DNA from: Opitutales bacterium
Lineage (GTDB): Bacteria > Verrucomicrobiota > Verrucomicrobiia > Opitutales > UBA2987
Direction of reading: 5' to 3'
NCBI GenBank assembly: GCA_965226885.1
Contig: CBDDEL010000014.1
Coordinates: 192,001 to 256,000 of the forward strand
Length of the DNA stretch: 64,000 bases
Below the pieces are notes generated by a model. It saw nothing but the letters and a program-made list of their open reading frames with translations. It was not told the origin of the DNA and did no database searches. A program made the position numbers and the translations under genes. Below, piece by piece: positions 32,539 through 43,211 of the stretch (position 1 is the stretch's first letter; the number at the start of each line of letters is the position of its first letter).

Positions 32539-33213
32539 TTAATGTTCGTAATCCGCAGCGCCTCCCGCGTCTACCAGTAATTCTTCGAGATAAGTCCAAA
32601 CCGTTTTTGCCACGATTTGCTGTCCTTCGGCGTTGGGGTGGATGCCGTCGGACTGGTTGAGGTCCGCTACGGCGGCGACTCCTTCCAGTAAAAATGGAAT
32701 CAATTGTACGTTATTATTTTGCGCCAGACGGGGATATATTCTGCGAAAGGAGTTTGTGTATTCTTCGCCCATGTTGGGGGGCAATTGCATCCCGGCCAGG
32801 AGGATTTCTACTTTCGGGTTTTCCTCCCGCACACGGTCGATGATGGCTTGCAGGTTTTCCCTCGTGTTTTCGATCTCGATTCCTCTCAACCCGTCGTTAG
32901 CCCCCAAGGCCAAAATGAGGATGTCCACCGGCCGGCGCAGCAGCCAGTTGATCCGGCGCAATCCCCCCGCTGTGGTATCGCCGCTGACGCTGCCATTGAT
33001 GCACCAGTAGGGCAGGCCGGACTTTTCGAGCTTGCCCTCTATGATGGCGGGGTAGGCTTCCTCCGGATCGAGGCCATAACCCGCCGTAAGGCTGTCGCCG
33101 AGAAAAAGAATGGTTCCAATCGGGGGCCCGGTTTCCTCCGCCCAAAGGCTCTGTGCAGCCCAAACCATCAGGGCGGCCAGGAAACTCTTGAAGAATTTCG
33201 ATTTTAATCCCAT
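32539..33213 (-). CDS. tesA: Arylesterase / acyl-CoA thioesterase I (SGNH hydrolase)
   Basis: GDSLTAGYG, SGDTTAGG, LGANDG, DGIHPN; signal peptide; divergent from the ABC pair. Confidence 0.88.
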   Translation of the reverse strand: MGLKSKFFKSFLAALMVWAAQSLWAEETGPPIGTILFLGDSLTAGYGLDPEEAYPAIIEGKLEKSGLPYWCINGSVSGDTTAGGLRRINWLLRRPVDILILALGANDGLRGIEIENTRENLQAIIDRVREENPKVEILLAGMQLPPNMGEEYTNSFRRIYPRLAQNNNVQLIPFLLEGVAAVADLNQSDGIHPNAEGQQIVAKTVWTYLEELLVDAGGAADYEH

Positions 33214-33295
33214 AACCTGTTGTTCGCTCCAACCTGCGAAATAATTAAATTTGTTGCAACCCCTCGCTATCTCTATGGTCTCCGTTATTTGAAAA

Positions 33296-34003
33296 ATGTT
33301 TCCATCAAAAGATAACAAAGAGGATTCCGCCCAGATTTTGCGCGTCCACAACCTGTGCAAGGATTTCACCAGCGCCGGGAGGCCGTTGAACGTGTTGAAA
33401 GACGTCTCTTTCGACCTGCTGGCGGGATCCAGCGTCGCCATTGTGGGTCCCTCCGGCAGCGGCAAGACCACCCTGCTCGGGTTGTGCGCCGGATTGGACG
33501 AGCCGACCTCCGGCTCAGTTGTTCTCAACGGACTCGCCCTGGAGTCTCTGGATGAAGACCGCAGGGCCGGGTTGCGCAATCGTTGGGTGGGTTTTGTTTT
33601 TCAAAATTTTCAACTCATCCCAACGCTTACGGCGCTTGAAAACGTGATGGTTCCCCTTGAGCTGAGGTATGAAAAAGAGATTAAACCCCGGGCCCAGCAA
33701 TTGCTGGCAAAAGTCGGCCTGGCGGAACGGGAGAGCCATTACCCCATCCAGTTGTCGGGCGGAGAACAACAGCGTGTGGCCATCGCGCGGGCTTTTATCA
33801 ACGAGCCGAAAATTTTATTCGTCGATGAGCCCACGGGCAATCTTGACGGCGAAACCAGCGACCATGTGGCCAACCTCCTTTTCGAGTTGAACCGGGAAGC
33901 CCGCACGACCCTCGTTTTGGTGACCCACAACCCGGCCCTGGCCGGGCGAACCGAACGGATATTAAAAATTGAAAATGGCCGGCTCTCCTCCAACCATACC
34001 TGA
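33296..34003 (+). CDS. ABC transporter ATP-binding protein (YbbA-like)
   Basis: GPSGSGKT, LSGGEQQR, DEPTGNLD, VTH. Confidence 0.93.
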   Translation: MFPSKDNKEDSAQILRVHNLCKDFTSAGRPLNVLKDVSFDLLAGSSVAIVGPSGSGKTTLLGLCAGLDEPTSGSVVLNGLALESLDEDRRAGLRNRWVGFVFQNFQLIPTLTALENVMVPLELRYEKEIKPRAQQLLAKVGLAERESHYPIQLSGGEQQRVAIARAFINEPKILFVDEPTGNLDGETSDHVANLLFELNREARTTLVLVTHNPALAGRTERILKIENGRLSSNHT

Positions 34004-36566
34004 AAAAGACGTCCCCGTCCGGTCCGCCTTCTGGCGGTGGATCGCCCTCATGGCCTGGCGGGACAGCCGCGGGGAGCGGCGCAAGCTGTTTCTTTTCACC
34101 CTTTGCATCGTGTTCGGTATCGGGGCGCTGGTGGCCATCCGGTCCTTCCGCCATAATCTCGAAACGGCCATCGACGAACATGCCAAAACCCTTCTCGGTT
34201 CCGATTTGCGTTTCTCATCCCTACGTCCTTTCGATGAGGAAACGGAGAAATTCATCGACTCCCTCCAGGCCGCTCAAACCTCGCGTGAGGTTCGTTTTCG
34301 CTCCATGGTCTTATTTCGGGAGCAGGGCGCTTCGAGACTGGTGCAGGTGCGCGCGGTGGAGGGCGATTTCCCGTTTTATGGAGAAATGGAAACCGACCCG
34401 GCGGGAATCGTTTTTCGGACGGGGGAGAAACCTCTAACCGTGGTCGAGGAAAGCCTCATGCAGCAATACGGGGTGGAAAAAGGCGATATACTCAAGCTCG
34501 GCAAACAGGAATTCACCATCGCCGGAAAATTGCTGCGCATACCCGGTGAGACGGAAATTTACGGAATTTTTGCGCCACGGGTCTTTATCGACCAACGTTA
34601 TTTGGAACAGACCGGTCTCATCCAGAGGGGCAGCCTCACCTCCTATCGGGTCCACTTCCGGTTTGCCAAGGGATTGACGAAAGATTTGCAGAACCGCATC
34701 GAGGAAGCCAGCGAAGGGCAATTCGTCGAGAGCCGGGTGCGCGTCGATACAGTAGAAGATCGCAAACGCCGCATGGGCCGGAGATTGGACAATCTTTACG
34801 ATTTTCTCAACCTGGTCGGTTTTGTCGCCTTATTTCTGGGCGGTCTGGGAGTCGCCGGGGCGGTGCAGGTGTATTTGACGGACAAGCTCAACACGGTGGC
34901 CGTGCTTCGGTGCCTGGGGGCATCCGTCCGGCACGCTTTTGGCATCTACCTCATCCAGGCGCTATCCATCGGCATAGCCGGTTCGTGTATGGGCGCGTTG
35001 CTGGGGGTTTCCGTGCAATTCCTGCTGCCCGCCGTGCTGGGTTCTTTTCTTCCTTTCAAGGTAGAAGTATTCATCTCCTGGGGCAGTGTTTTATTGAGCC
35101 TGGTCTTCGGCCTCGGGGTGACCATGCTTTTCGCTTTCATTCCATTGCTGACAGTTCGTTCGGTCACGCCGCTACGCGCTTTGCGTGTGTCTTTTGAAGA
35201 AAATCATCTGTTGCGCAAGGATCCCTATTTTTGGCTTGTGGCTGGAATTATCGCCATCCTGGCGTTTGTATTCAGCCTCCTCCAGACCAGCAAATTTGTT
35301 TACGGGGCCGCCTTTGCCGGAACCTTGGCGGTCACCCTGTTATTGCTCTGCGGGCTGGCCTGGGGCCTTCGCCATGGTTTGAAAAGATTTTTTCCCAGAA
35401 CCTGGCCTTATTTTTGGCGGCAGGGCCTCTCCAATCTCTTTCGCCCTCAAAATCGAACCCTTTTTCTAACCATCACGCTGGGCATGGGCACTTTTCTTAT
35501 TTACACTATTTACCTTACACAGAACATTCTCTTGCGGCAGGTGGAACTGGATTCGGACGACAAGCGCCCCAACATGGCCTTGTTCGACATCCAGCCCGAT
35601 CAAATCGAGGACGTCAAGCGAATCGTCCAAAATGCCGGCTACAAGGTTTGGGAATCAACCCCTCTGGTCAACATGCGCCTGTCGGAAATTAACGGTCGAA
35701 CGATTCAGGAAATTCACAATGATCCCCATTCCAAGACCGACAACTGGACCCTGCGCTGGGAATACCGCTCGACTTTCCGGAATCATTTGACCGGCACCGA
35801 GAAAATCATTTCCGGCACTTTCACCCCCCGAAGCGACGGCTCCGAACCGGTCCCCGTTTCCATCGAAAAAAGCATTGCCGAAGACCTCGATGTGGCCCTT
35901 GGCGACACCCTCGTTTTCGATGTGCAGGGAATCCCCATTTCCACGGTTATCGACAGTGTGCGTGAGGTGGACTGGGCCCAGTTGCGCCCTAATTTTTATA
36001 TACTCTTCCCTCAAGGCGTTCTGGAGGAGGCGCCCGCTTTTTATGCTCTCGTGACCAAGGTTCCCGACCGCAACGCCCTGGCCGCCCTGCAGCAGAAAAT
36101 CATCGAGTTACACCCTAACGTTTCGGCCATCGATCTTTCCCTCGTGCTGGAAACGTTGACCTCCATTCTCGACCGGGTGGCCTTTGTCATTCGGTTCATG
36201 GCCCTCTTCACGGTGGCCACCGGGCTCTTTGCGCTGGCCGGTTCGGTCATGGCCAGCCGTTATCAACGCATCCAGGAAAGCGTTCTTTTATGCACCCTCG
36301 GAGCCACCAGCGGCATGATCCGCCGCATCATGACGGTGGAATACCTACTGCTCGGCTTTTTGGCCGGGTTGACGGGAGTGATCCTGTCCGTCGGGGCCAC
36401 CTGGGCACTGGCCTTTTTCGTATTTGAAATACCCTTCTCGATCTCCTGGCCAGGATTTCTGGGAGCGATCCTGACCGTCACCCTCCTGACCCTCGCCACC
36501 GGCCTCATCAACAGCCGGGGCATCGCCAGCCACCCGCCCCTGGCCATCCTCCGGGCCGAAGGGTAA
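33975..36566 (+). CDS. ABC transporter permease (YbbP/FtsX-like)
   Basis: Two FtsX-like halves, AVLRCLGA, LFDIQPDQ; tesA-ybbA-ybbP-like synteny. Confidence 0.88.
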   Translation: MAGSPPTIPEKDVPVRSAFWRWIALMAWRDSRGERRKLFLFTLCIVFGIGALVAIRSFRHNLETAIDEHAKTLLGSDLRFSSLRPFDEETEKFIDSLQAAQTSREVRFRSMVLFREQGASRLVQVRAVEGDFPFYGEMETDPAGIVFRTGEKPLTVVEESLMQQYGVEKGDILKLGKQEFTIAGKLLRIPGETEIYGIFAPRVFIDQRYLEQTGLIQRGSLTSYRVHFRFAKGLTKDLQNRIEEASEGQFVESRVRVDTVEDRKRRMGRRLDNLYDFLNLVGFVALFLGGLGVAGAVQVYLTDKLNTVAVLRCLGASVRHAFGIYLIQALSIGIAGSCMGALLGVSVQFLLPAVLGSFLPFKVEVFISWGSVLLSLVFGLGVTMLFAFIPLLTVRSVTPLRALRVSFEENHLLRKDPYFWLVAGIIAILAFVFSLLQTSKFVYGAAFAGTLAVTLLLLCGLAWGLRHGLKRFFPRTWPYFWRQGLSNLFRPQNRTLFLTITLGMGTFLIYTIYLTQNILLRQVELDSDDKRPNMALFDIQPDQIEDVKRIVQNAGYKVWESTPLVNMRLSEINGRTIQEIHNDPHSKTDNWTLRWEYRSTFRNHLTGTEKIISGTFTPRSDGSEPVPVSIEKSIAEDLDVALGDTLVFDVQGIPISTVIDSVREVDWAQLRPNFYILFPQGVLEEAPAFYALVTKVPDRNALAALQQKIIELHPNVSAIDLSLVLETLTSILDRVAFVIRFMALFTVATGLFALAGSVMASRYQRIQESVLLCTLGATSGMIRRIMTVEYLLLGFLAGLTGVILSVGATWALAFFVFEIPFSISWPGFLGAILTVTLLTLATGLINSRGIASHPPLAILRAEG

Positions 36567-36762
36567 AAAGCGCAGCTAGCTTCGGGATAAAGGAAATCCC
36601 TCTAATAAATTCATTCCCTTGCGGAGAAATTTCTCGGATGCCCGATCTGCGAGTATTTCGCTCGTCGATTTCTGATTGTCTTAGGGAGGAACCTTGAATT
36701 AGTTTTTATCTCGATTCCTTGATTCTGGAATTCTTTATTAAAAAATATTAAATTGAAGAACT

Positions 36763-37143
36763 ATGACTGTTTTTTTGCATACTCGTATTCGGGTGAGCGA
36801 CCTTGAGCGCTCCATTCAGTATTATTGTGACAATTTTGAATTTCGGGTCCTTAGCCGGAATGATAAATCGCCCGCGGGCAACGAGATTGTTCATCTCGAG
36901 CTGCCTGGCAACGCCCATACCCTCGAGCTGACTTATTCGCCCGATTATGAGGTCAACGTGCCGGAGGACCTCATGCACTTCGCCCTCGGTGTGCCGGACC
37001 TGATCGCCTATTGCGACCGCCTGGAGAAAAACGGCCTCGATATCTGGCCGGATGGCTGGCGGGAGAAATTTGTCTCGGGCCGGAAAATGGCCTTCGTTGA
37101 CGATCCCGACGGCTACGAAATCGAGCTTCTGGAAAGGAAGTAG
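36763..37143 (+). CDS. VOC family protein (lactoylglutathione lyase-like)
   Basis: LHTRIRVSDLERS, LELT, HFAL, FVDDPDGYEIEL. Confidence 0.88.
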   Translation: MTVFLHTRIRVSDLERSIQYYCDNFEFRVLSRNDKSPAGNEIVHLELPGNAHTLELTYSPDYEVNVPEDLMHFALGVPDLIAYCDRLEKNGLDIWPDGWREKFVSGRKMAFVDDPDGYEIELLERK

Positions 37144-37161
37144 GCAACCCGGAAAGGTTTA

Positions 37162-38331
37162 ATGAAAATCAGTAATTACGAGATATTCGTTCTGGGAACT
37201 CCCTGGCGAAATTTGACTTATTTTCGGCTCGAACTGGAGGACGGCACCTACGGCTGGGGCGAAGCGCGCATCCTGGGCAAAACCCACACCGTGGTCGAAT
37301 ATTTGAAAGAGGTTCGCCGCCATATCGTGGGGCACGACGTTTTCGACATCGAAGACCTCTACCGGCGCTTTATGCTGCTTGATTTCGGGGTGGCTGGCGA
37401 AGTTACCATGAGCGGCCTGGCCCTGGTCGAAATGGCCGCCTGGGACTGCATCGGCAAACTGGCCAATCTGCCCGTTTACAAATTGATCGGCGGAAAACTG
37501 CGCGACCGCATTCCCGCCTACGCCAATGGCTGGTACACGGTCGAGCGCACCCCGGAAGCCTTTGCTCAGGCAGCGGAAAAAGTAGTGGAAAGGGGCTATC
37601 TCGGGTTGAAATTCGATCCCTTTGGCAATGGCGATTTGGAGCTCAGGCGGGAAGAGTACCAACGGTCGATCGAGTTGATCGAGGCTGTCCATTCCGTAAC
37701 CGGCAAGAAGCTTCGAATTTACCTGGAGATGCATGGACGTTTCGCTCCACACCAGGCCATCGAAATCGCTAAAGAGGTGGAAAAATTCAATCCCGCCTGG
37801 ATCGAGGAACCCTGCCGCCCGGAGGATTTGGGGGCTTTGCAAAAAATTGCCCAGCACACTCATCTGCCCATCGCCACAGGGGAGCGCCTTTACACGGCCA
37901 GCCAGTACCGCGACCTTTTCCCCCTGCGCTGTGTGGACATTATCCAACCGGACATCAATCACTGCGGCGGGCTTTTGGAGGTGAAAAAAATCGCTTCCAC
38001 GGCGGAAACTTTCAACGTCATGGTGGCGCCCCACAATGTCGGCGGCATCATTACCACCGTAGCTGCCATCCACCTCATGGCAACCTTGAGAAACGGTAAG
38101 GTGCTCGAGCATTTCAACGATTTTGCCGACGAATACGTCAAAAATGCCGGCCATCCCTACCCGGAAGTGAACGACGGCTATTTTTCGCTGCCAGAGGGAC
38201 CGGGCTGGGGAATCGAAATCGACATCGATTTCCTGCGGGAAAACGCGGCCCCGCTCATCGACGGGGTGATCCAGGATCCGGGCTTGAATCTTTTCGCCAA
38301 TCCCGATTGGAATTTGCGGGATGGCGCATAA
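37162..38331 (+). CDS. Mandelate racemase/enolase superfamily acid-sugar dehydratase (galactonate dehydratase-like)
   Basis: GWGE, YANGW, LKFDPFG, EMHGRF, WIEEP, ATGER, QPD, APHN. Confidence 0.88.
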   Translation: MKISNYEIFVLGTPWRNLTYFRLELEDGTYGWGEARILGKTHTVVEYLKEVRRHIVGHDVFDIEDLYRRFMLLDFGVAGEVTMSGLALVEMAAWDCIGKLANLPVYKLIGGKLRDRIPAYANGWYTVERTPEAFAQAAEKVVERGYLGLKFDPFGNGDLELRREEYQRSIELIEAVHSVTGKKLRIYLEMHGRFAPHQAIEIAKEVEKFNPAWIEEPCRPEDLGALQKIAQHTHLPIATGERLYTASQYRDLFPLRCVDIIQPDINHCGGLLEVKKIASTAETFNVMVAPHNVGGIITTVAAIHLMATLRNGKVLEHFNDFADEYVKNAGHPYPEVNDGYFSLPEGPGWGIEIDIDFLRENAAPLIDGVIQDPGLNLFANPDWNLRDGA

Positions 38332-38384
38332 ACCTGATATTTTCATTTCCTTGCCGCGCGTTTTCCCTGCACGCAAACGACTTT

Positions 38385-39308
38385 ATGAAAAAATCCGCTG
38401 AATCTCTCGAACATCTGGGATTGCCTTCCGATGACGGCAAAAAAGTCTCCGAGGTGCGATTTCCCGATGGCGGCCAATACCGCATAGAAATTCCCAGCAC
38501 GGAAGGACCCAAAGCATTGCGAGCGGCTTTTGAGGAGGGCGACCGCCTCGGCTGTCCCCTGCACCGTTTCAGCCAGGGAAGCGGCATCCAGATGCTTTCC
38601 GATGAGGAAATTTCCGAAATGTGCCGGATAGGAGCGGATCGAAAGGTCGAAATTAACCTCTTCGTCACCCCGCGGGCCAATTTCGATATCGGGGGCCAAT
38701 GGGCGGCCCCGGCGGGCAAAGCCATCCAATGGCAAATCCGCGGCGCGGAGCAGTTGCGTTACTGCCTGGACGATATTTACCGGGCCGTCGATCTGGGAAT
38801 CCGCAGCGTCCTCCTCTCCGATTGGGGTTTGATCCAAGTGGTTTCGCAACTTCGCTCGGAGAGTAAATTACCGACGGAACTGGTCATTAAATCTTCCGCC
38901 TTGATGGCCCCGGCCAATCCCGCTTCGGTGCGTTTATTGGAAGATACGGGAGCTAACACCATCAATATCGCAACCGATTTGACTGTGGCCCAGGTGAGCG
39001 CCATCCGGCAGGTTTGCCAGGCGCCGTTGGATATCTACATCGAAGCGCCGGACGGTTTGGGGGGATTCGTCCGCCATCATGAGACGCCGGATTTGATCCG
39101 TTATGCCTCGCCCATTTATGTCAAAGCCGGTCTTCGCAACTCGCCCGACATCTACCCCTCGGGCTACCACATAGAGTCCACCGTTCTGGCCCTCAGCCGT
39201 GAGCGGGTGAGGCGTTCCAAGCTCATTTACGATCTCATCCAAAGAGAATACCCGGAAGCGCAAATGTCGCCCCTAGGCTCAAGCGATCTCGGCATTCCGC
39301 AAATTTAG
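38385..39308 (+). CDS. Uncharacterised TIM-barrel-like protein (divergent U32-like family)
   Basis: RFPDGGQYRIEIPSTEGP, SQGSGI, ANPAS, PLDIYIEAPDGLGGFVR, PIYVKAGLRN; family recognised from memory only. Confidence 0.6.
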   Translation: MKKSAESLEHLGLPSDDGKKVSEVRFPDGGQYRIEIPSTEGPKALRAAFEEGDRLGCPLHRFSQGSGIQMLSDEEISEMCRIGADRKVEINLFVTPRANFDIGGQWAAPAGKAIQWQIRGAEQLRYCLDDIYRAVDLGIRSVLLSDWGLIQVVSQLRSESKLPTELVIKSSALMAPANPASVRLLEDTGANTINIATDLTVAQVSAIRQVCQAPLDIYIEAPDGLGGFVRHHETPDLIRYASPIYVKAGLRNSPDIYPSGYHIESTVLALSRERVRRSKLIYDLIQREYPEAQMSPLGSSDLGIPQI

Positions 39309-39334
39309 CAGCCAGTTTATAAAATTAAAATATT

Positions 39335-40933
39335 ATGAATAACCCACAACCTGTTTTAATCGCCGGAAAATGGCGGCCATCTGTCGGGACCGATTACTTT
39401 CAATCGGCCAATTCTCAAATTGGGGAAACGCTCCCGGAAAATTACCCGGTCAGCCCCTGGCCGGAAATCGAGGAGGCGATTGAGGCCGCTGCGGAAGCCT
39501 TCCAGCAACTTCGCCAGGTTTCGCCCGATGGTATCGCGGCGTTCCTGGAAAAATTGGCCGACCGGATCGAGAACCGCCGGGAAGAATTTGTGCAATGGGC
39601 CAACCGGGAGACCGCCCTCCCCGCAGAGCCCCGCCTCAACTCGGTGGAGCTTCCCCGCACCACCAACCAATTACGCCTGGCGGCAAAAGCGGCCCGCCAG
39701 CGATCCTGGAGCCAGCCGGTGATCGATACGGCAAACGATGTCCGCGCCTTTTACAAGGCCATCGGGCCGGTTTGCGTTTTCGGTCCCAACAACTTTCCCT
39801 TTGCCTTCAACAGCGCCGCCGGAGGGGATTTCGCTGCCGCCATTGCGGCCGGAAACCCGGTCATTGCCAAAGCCAACACATCCCATCCCGGAACCACCCG
39901 GCTTTTTGCCGAAGAAGCCCTGCACGCGGCAGAGGAAACGGGACTACCACCGGCAATGGTGCAATTGCTCTACCGAACCAGCCATGCCGATGGCGCCCGC
40001 CTGGTCTCGCACCCACTCATGGGAGCCACCGGCTACACCGGCTCGCGACGCGCCGGTCTCGCTCTCAAGGAAGCGGCGGACAAAGCCGGCAATCCCATTT
40101 ACCTGGAACTCAGCAGTATCAACCCGGTGGTTATTTTGCCGGGGGTGCTGGAGGAACGGGCAGAAGCCATGGCGGAAGAATTTGTGGGTTCCGTGCTCAT
40201 GGGTACGGGCCAGTTTTGCACAAATCCCGGACTTATCCTTTTACTGGAGAACGAGCAAACAAGCGCCTTCATGGAGGATTTGCGATCCCGGTTTTCGACC
40301 GCGCCTGCGGGCACCCTTTTGAGCAGCGGGGTGGAGAAATCTTTGCTCGGGGGCATTGAGGCATTGAAAACCGCGGGGGCCGAGGTAGTCGTTGGGGGAA
40401 ACTCGACGGGAGAGGCACGTTGCAGTGTTGAAAACACATTGCTCAAGGTGGATGGCGACCGTTTCCTGGCCAATCCTGAAGCGCTTCAGGAAGAAGCCTT
40501 CGGCAATGCCAGCATCATCGTGACCGCCGCAAACACCGAAAAAATGATCCACATTCTCAATTGCCTGGAAGGAAATTTGACCGGCAGCATATACAGCCAT
40601 TCCGATGGCCGGGACGATCCCATTCACGGAAAAATAGAACCGGTTTTGAGAGGAAAAGTGGGCCGCCTGATGAATGACAAGATGCCGACTGGAGTCCTTG
40701 TTTCACCGGCCATGAACCACGGTGGGCCCTATCCGGCCACCGGGCATCCGGGCTTTACCGCTGTCGGCATCCCCGCCTCGATGATTCGTTTCGCAGCCCT
40801 GCATTGCTACGACAATGTGCGGCCAAACCGCCTTCCACCGGAACTGCAAAACGCCAACCCCACCGGCCAAACCTGGCGCTCCATCGACGGCCAATGGACC
40901 TGCAACGACGTCTCGGAAAAACAGCCGTCATGA
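39335..40933 (+). CDS. NADP-dependent aldehyde dehydrogenase (2,5-dioxopentanoate/KGSA dehydrogenase-like)
   Basis: ELPRTTNQL, FGPNNFPFAF, ELSSINP, GQFCTNPG, EEAFG, MNHGGPYPAT. Confidence 0.9.
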   Translation: MNNPQPVLIAGKWRPSVGTDYFQSANSQIGETLPENYPVSPWPEIEEAIEAAAEAFQQLRQVSPDGIAAFLEKLADRIENRREEFVQWANRETALPAEPRLNSVELPRTTNQLRLAAKAARQRSWSQPVIDTANDVRAFYKAIGPVCVFGPNNFPFAFNSAAGGDFAAAIAAGNPVIAKANTSHPGTTRLFAEEALHAAEETGLPPAMVQLLYRTSHADGARLVSHPLMGATGYTGSRRAGLALKEAADKAGNPIYLELSSINPVVILPGVLEERAEAMAEEFVGSVLMGTGQFCTNPGLILLLENEQTSAFMEDLRSRFSTAPAGTLLSSGVEKSLLGGIEALKTAGAEVVVGGNSTGEARCSVENTLLKVDGDRFLANPEALQEEAFGNASIIVTAANTEKMIHILNCLEGNLTGSIYSHSDGRDDPIHGKIEPVLRGKVGRLMNDKMPTGVLVSPAMNHGGPYPATGHPGFTAVGIPASMIRFAALHCYDNVRPNRLPPELQNANPTGQTWRSIDGQWTCNDVSEKQPS

Positions 40934-41883
40934 GCTTGCCCAAGGTATTGACGACTTTTTTGCCCCAGGACGAAGGGGTCGCTCCTCTGCAGGGGTTGGC
41001 GGAAATCGTGCCCGGCCCCGGCGGTGGGTTTCAGATGGCCAGAGAGGAGGCGCTGGAGAAAATCACCGATTGCGTGGGTGTCATCAGCCAAAGCGAATTG
41101 CGCATCGACGCTGAATTGCTCGACCGGGCCCCAAAGCTGAAAATCGCCGCCAACGTAGCCATCGGCACGGACAACTTCGACCTGGATTTGATGGCCTCGC
41201 GCGGCGTTTGGGCGACCAATGCGCACGAGCCGCTGGTCGATCCCACCGCGGATTGCGCCTTGGGGCTCATCATCAGCCTGGCCCGCAGGCTGGGCGAAGC
41301 CGAGCGATTCGTGCGGGCGGACCAGTGGAAACGCACTCAGCACGGTCGCTGGAATGGGGTCCTCCTTTCGGGCAAAACCCTAGGGTTGATCGGCTATGGC
41401 AAAATCGGCCAAGCCGTCGCCAAACGGGCTCGGGCATTCGGCATGAGGGTGATTCACCACCGGCAGAAAATCACCGATGACAGCGAGAGCCGAAGCCTCG
41501 AAGCGCTCCTGGCGGAAGCCGACTTCATCTCATTACATACGCCATTGACCCCCAAAACGCATCATTTAATCAACGCCGAACGCCTCAGGCAGATGAAAAA
41601 GGGCGCCTTCCTGATCAACACCGGACGCGGCCCCGTGGTGGACGAGGAGGCTCTCGTGGAGGCTCTCGAAAGTGGACACCTAGGAGGCGCGGGACTGGAT
41701 GTTTTTGAGCACGAGCCGGCCATCAACCCCGGATTGTTCGGCCGGGAGAATGTCATACTGCTCCCCCACCTGGGAGGAAGCGCCACCGAAAGTCGGCTCG
41801 AAGCCCTCCAAATCTGCTCCAAAAACGTAGCCGCCATCCTCAAAGGAGAAACCCCGCCCAACGCGGTCAATCGGCCGGTTTAG
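40930..41883 (+). CDS. D-isomer-specific 2-hydroxyacid dehydrogenase (glyoxylate/hydroxypyruvate reductase-like)
   Basis: GYGKIG, HTPLT, INTGRG, GLDVFEHEP, LPHLG; ATGA overlap with the upstream gene. Confidence 0.9.
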   Translation: MSLPKVLTTFLPQDEGVAPLQGLAEIVPGPGGGFQMAREEALEKITDCVGVISQSELRIDAELLDRAPKLKIAANVAIGTDNFDLDLMASRGVWATNAHEPLVDPTADCALGLIISLARRLGEAERFVRADQWKRTQHGRWNGVLLSGKTLGLIGYGKIGQAVAKRARAFGMRVIHHRQKITDDSESRSLEALLAEADFISLHTPLTPKTHHLINAERLRQMKKGAFLINTGRGPVVDEEALVEALESGHLGGAGLDVFEHEPAINPGLFGRENVILLPHLGGSATESRLEALQICSKNVAAILKGETPPNAVNRPV

Positions 41884-41900
41884 TATGCTGTCCCAACTTG

Positions 41901-42671
41901 CTACTGCGTCGTCCAGCCGCCATCGATGGAGAAACCGGCTCCGGTGACGTAGCTAGAGGCGTCGCTGGCTAGGAAGATGACGATTCCGCCGATCTCGTGC
42001 AGTTCCCCCCAACGGCCAAGAGGGATTTTGGCCACAAAGGCCCGGTATTTTTCCTTATCGTTGAGGAGGGGCAGATTGATCTCGGTGGCGAAAGGGCCGG
42101 GCAAAATGGCGTTGACCGTGATACCGGTGGCGGCCCATTCCAGGGCCAGCGCGCGTGTCAATTGCAAAACCGCACCTTTGCTGGTGGAATAGGGGGTGCG
42201 TTCGGGCATGGAGGTCACCCCGAACATGGAGCTGATGTTGATTACCCGGCCATATTTATTGGCTTTCATGATGGGCGCCACGGCCCGGCAAGCCAGCCAG
42301 GAACCGGTCACATTGACCTCCTGCACCTGCCGAAAATCCTCCACCGAAAGGTCCTCAATGGCGCCCCGTATATTGATGCCAGCGCTGTTGATTAAAATAT
42401 CGATTTTCCCAAATTCCGCGACCGTTCTCTCAACCGCAGCCTGCACCTGATCCTCGCTCACCACGTCACCATTGAGCGCAATGCATTTTTGCCCGGTGCG
42501 CGCATGAATTTTTTCAGCGGCGGCCAGGGTGCGTTCTTCATCACGGCTCAAAAGGGCCACCGAGGCCCCCGCATCGGCCAGGGCCGAGGCCATTTCAAAA
42601 CCGAGACCGCGGTTCCCGCCGGTGACAAGAGCCACGCGCCCATCCAATTTAAAAAGATTGAGGATATTCAT
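41901..42671 (-). CDS. SDR oxidoreductase (gluconate 5-dehydrogenase/KduD-like)
   Basis: TGGNRGLG, NSAG, YSTSK, PGPF, IDGG; SD GGAGGAGG upstream. Confidence 0.9.
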   Translation of the reverse strand: MNILNLFKLDGRVALVTGGNRGLGFEMASALADAGASVALLSRDEERTLAAAEKIHARTGQKCIALNGDVVSEDQVQAAVERTVAEFGKIDILINSAGINIRGAIEDLSVEDFRQVQEVNVTGSWLACRAVAPIMKANKYGRVINISSMFGVTSMPERTPYSTSKGAVLQLTRALALEWAATGITVNAILPGPFATEINLPLLNDKEKYRAFVAKIPLGRWGELHEIGGIVIFLASDASSYVTGAGFSIDGGWTTQ

Positions 42672-43211
42672 GTTGGAAAATAAATAACCTCCTCCAATGG
42701 CCGCTGTCTAGCCCGGATATTTCATGAAGGGTAAAGTTTGGCTCGTTATTGCTATTGGAGATGGAGATGGATTTCTTTGTATTTTGAGCAGATCGTCTTG
42801 ATTTTTAGGTGTTTTTCAGGGTGTAGAGACACTGCCCCCTTTCCCCCATTGGTTCGGTAGTGCCGGGGGCAGCACCAATGCACCCTTTAGGTTGGCACCA
42901 ATCGGCGGGCCGCATGGTTGAAAAGACTGGCCCAAGGATAACTCTCACTTAGGTGAAAGTGAATCGTTCGGGTGTTGCGCACGATGACCGCTCCGATCTT
43001 GATTAATTTGAGCCGCAGGGTGTGGCATTGGGCCCGCGTGTAAACGCCGGGATGAAACCGGTACGGGGGTCGGGGTAAAACCGGTACGCTTGGAATAAGG
43101 TTTAGGTTAGTAATTGCAGGTACGTCAAGGTTTAGGGTTTGGGAGTTGGTTTTGGGGATTGGCTTGGGGTCGGTGAGGAGGCCGGAGGCCGACGAGCCGG
43201 GCCCAAGGCGT

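Noticed and set aside
37159..38376. 405-aa minus-strand ORF
   Set aside because: Antisense shadow of the enolase-family gene.
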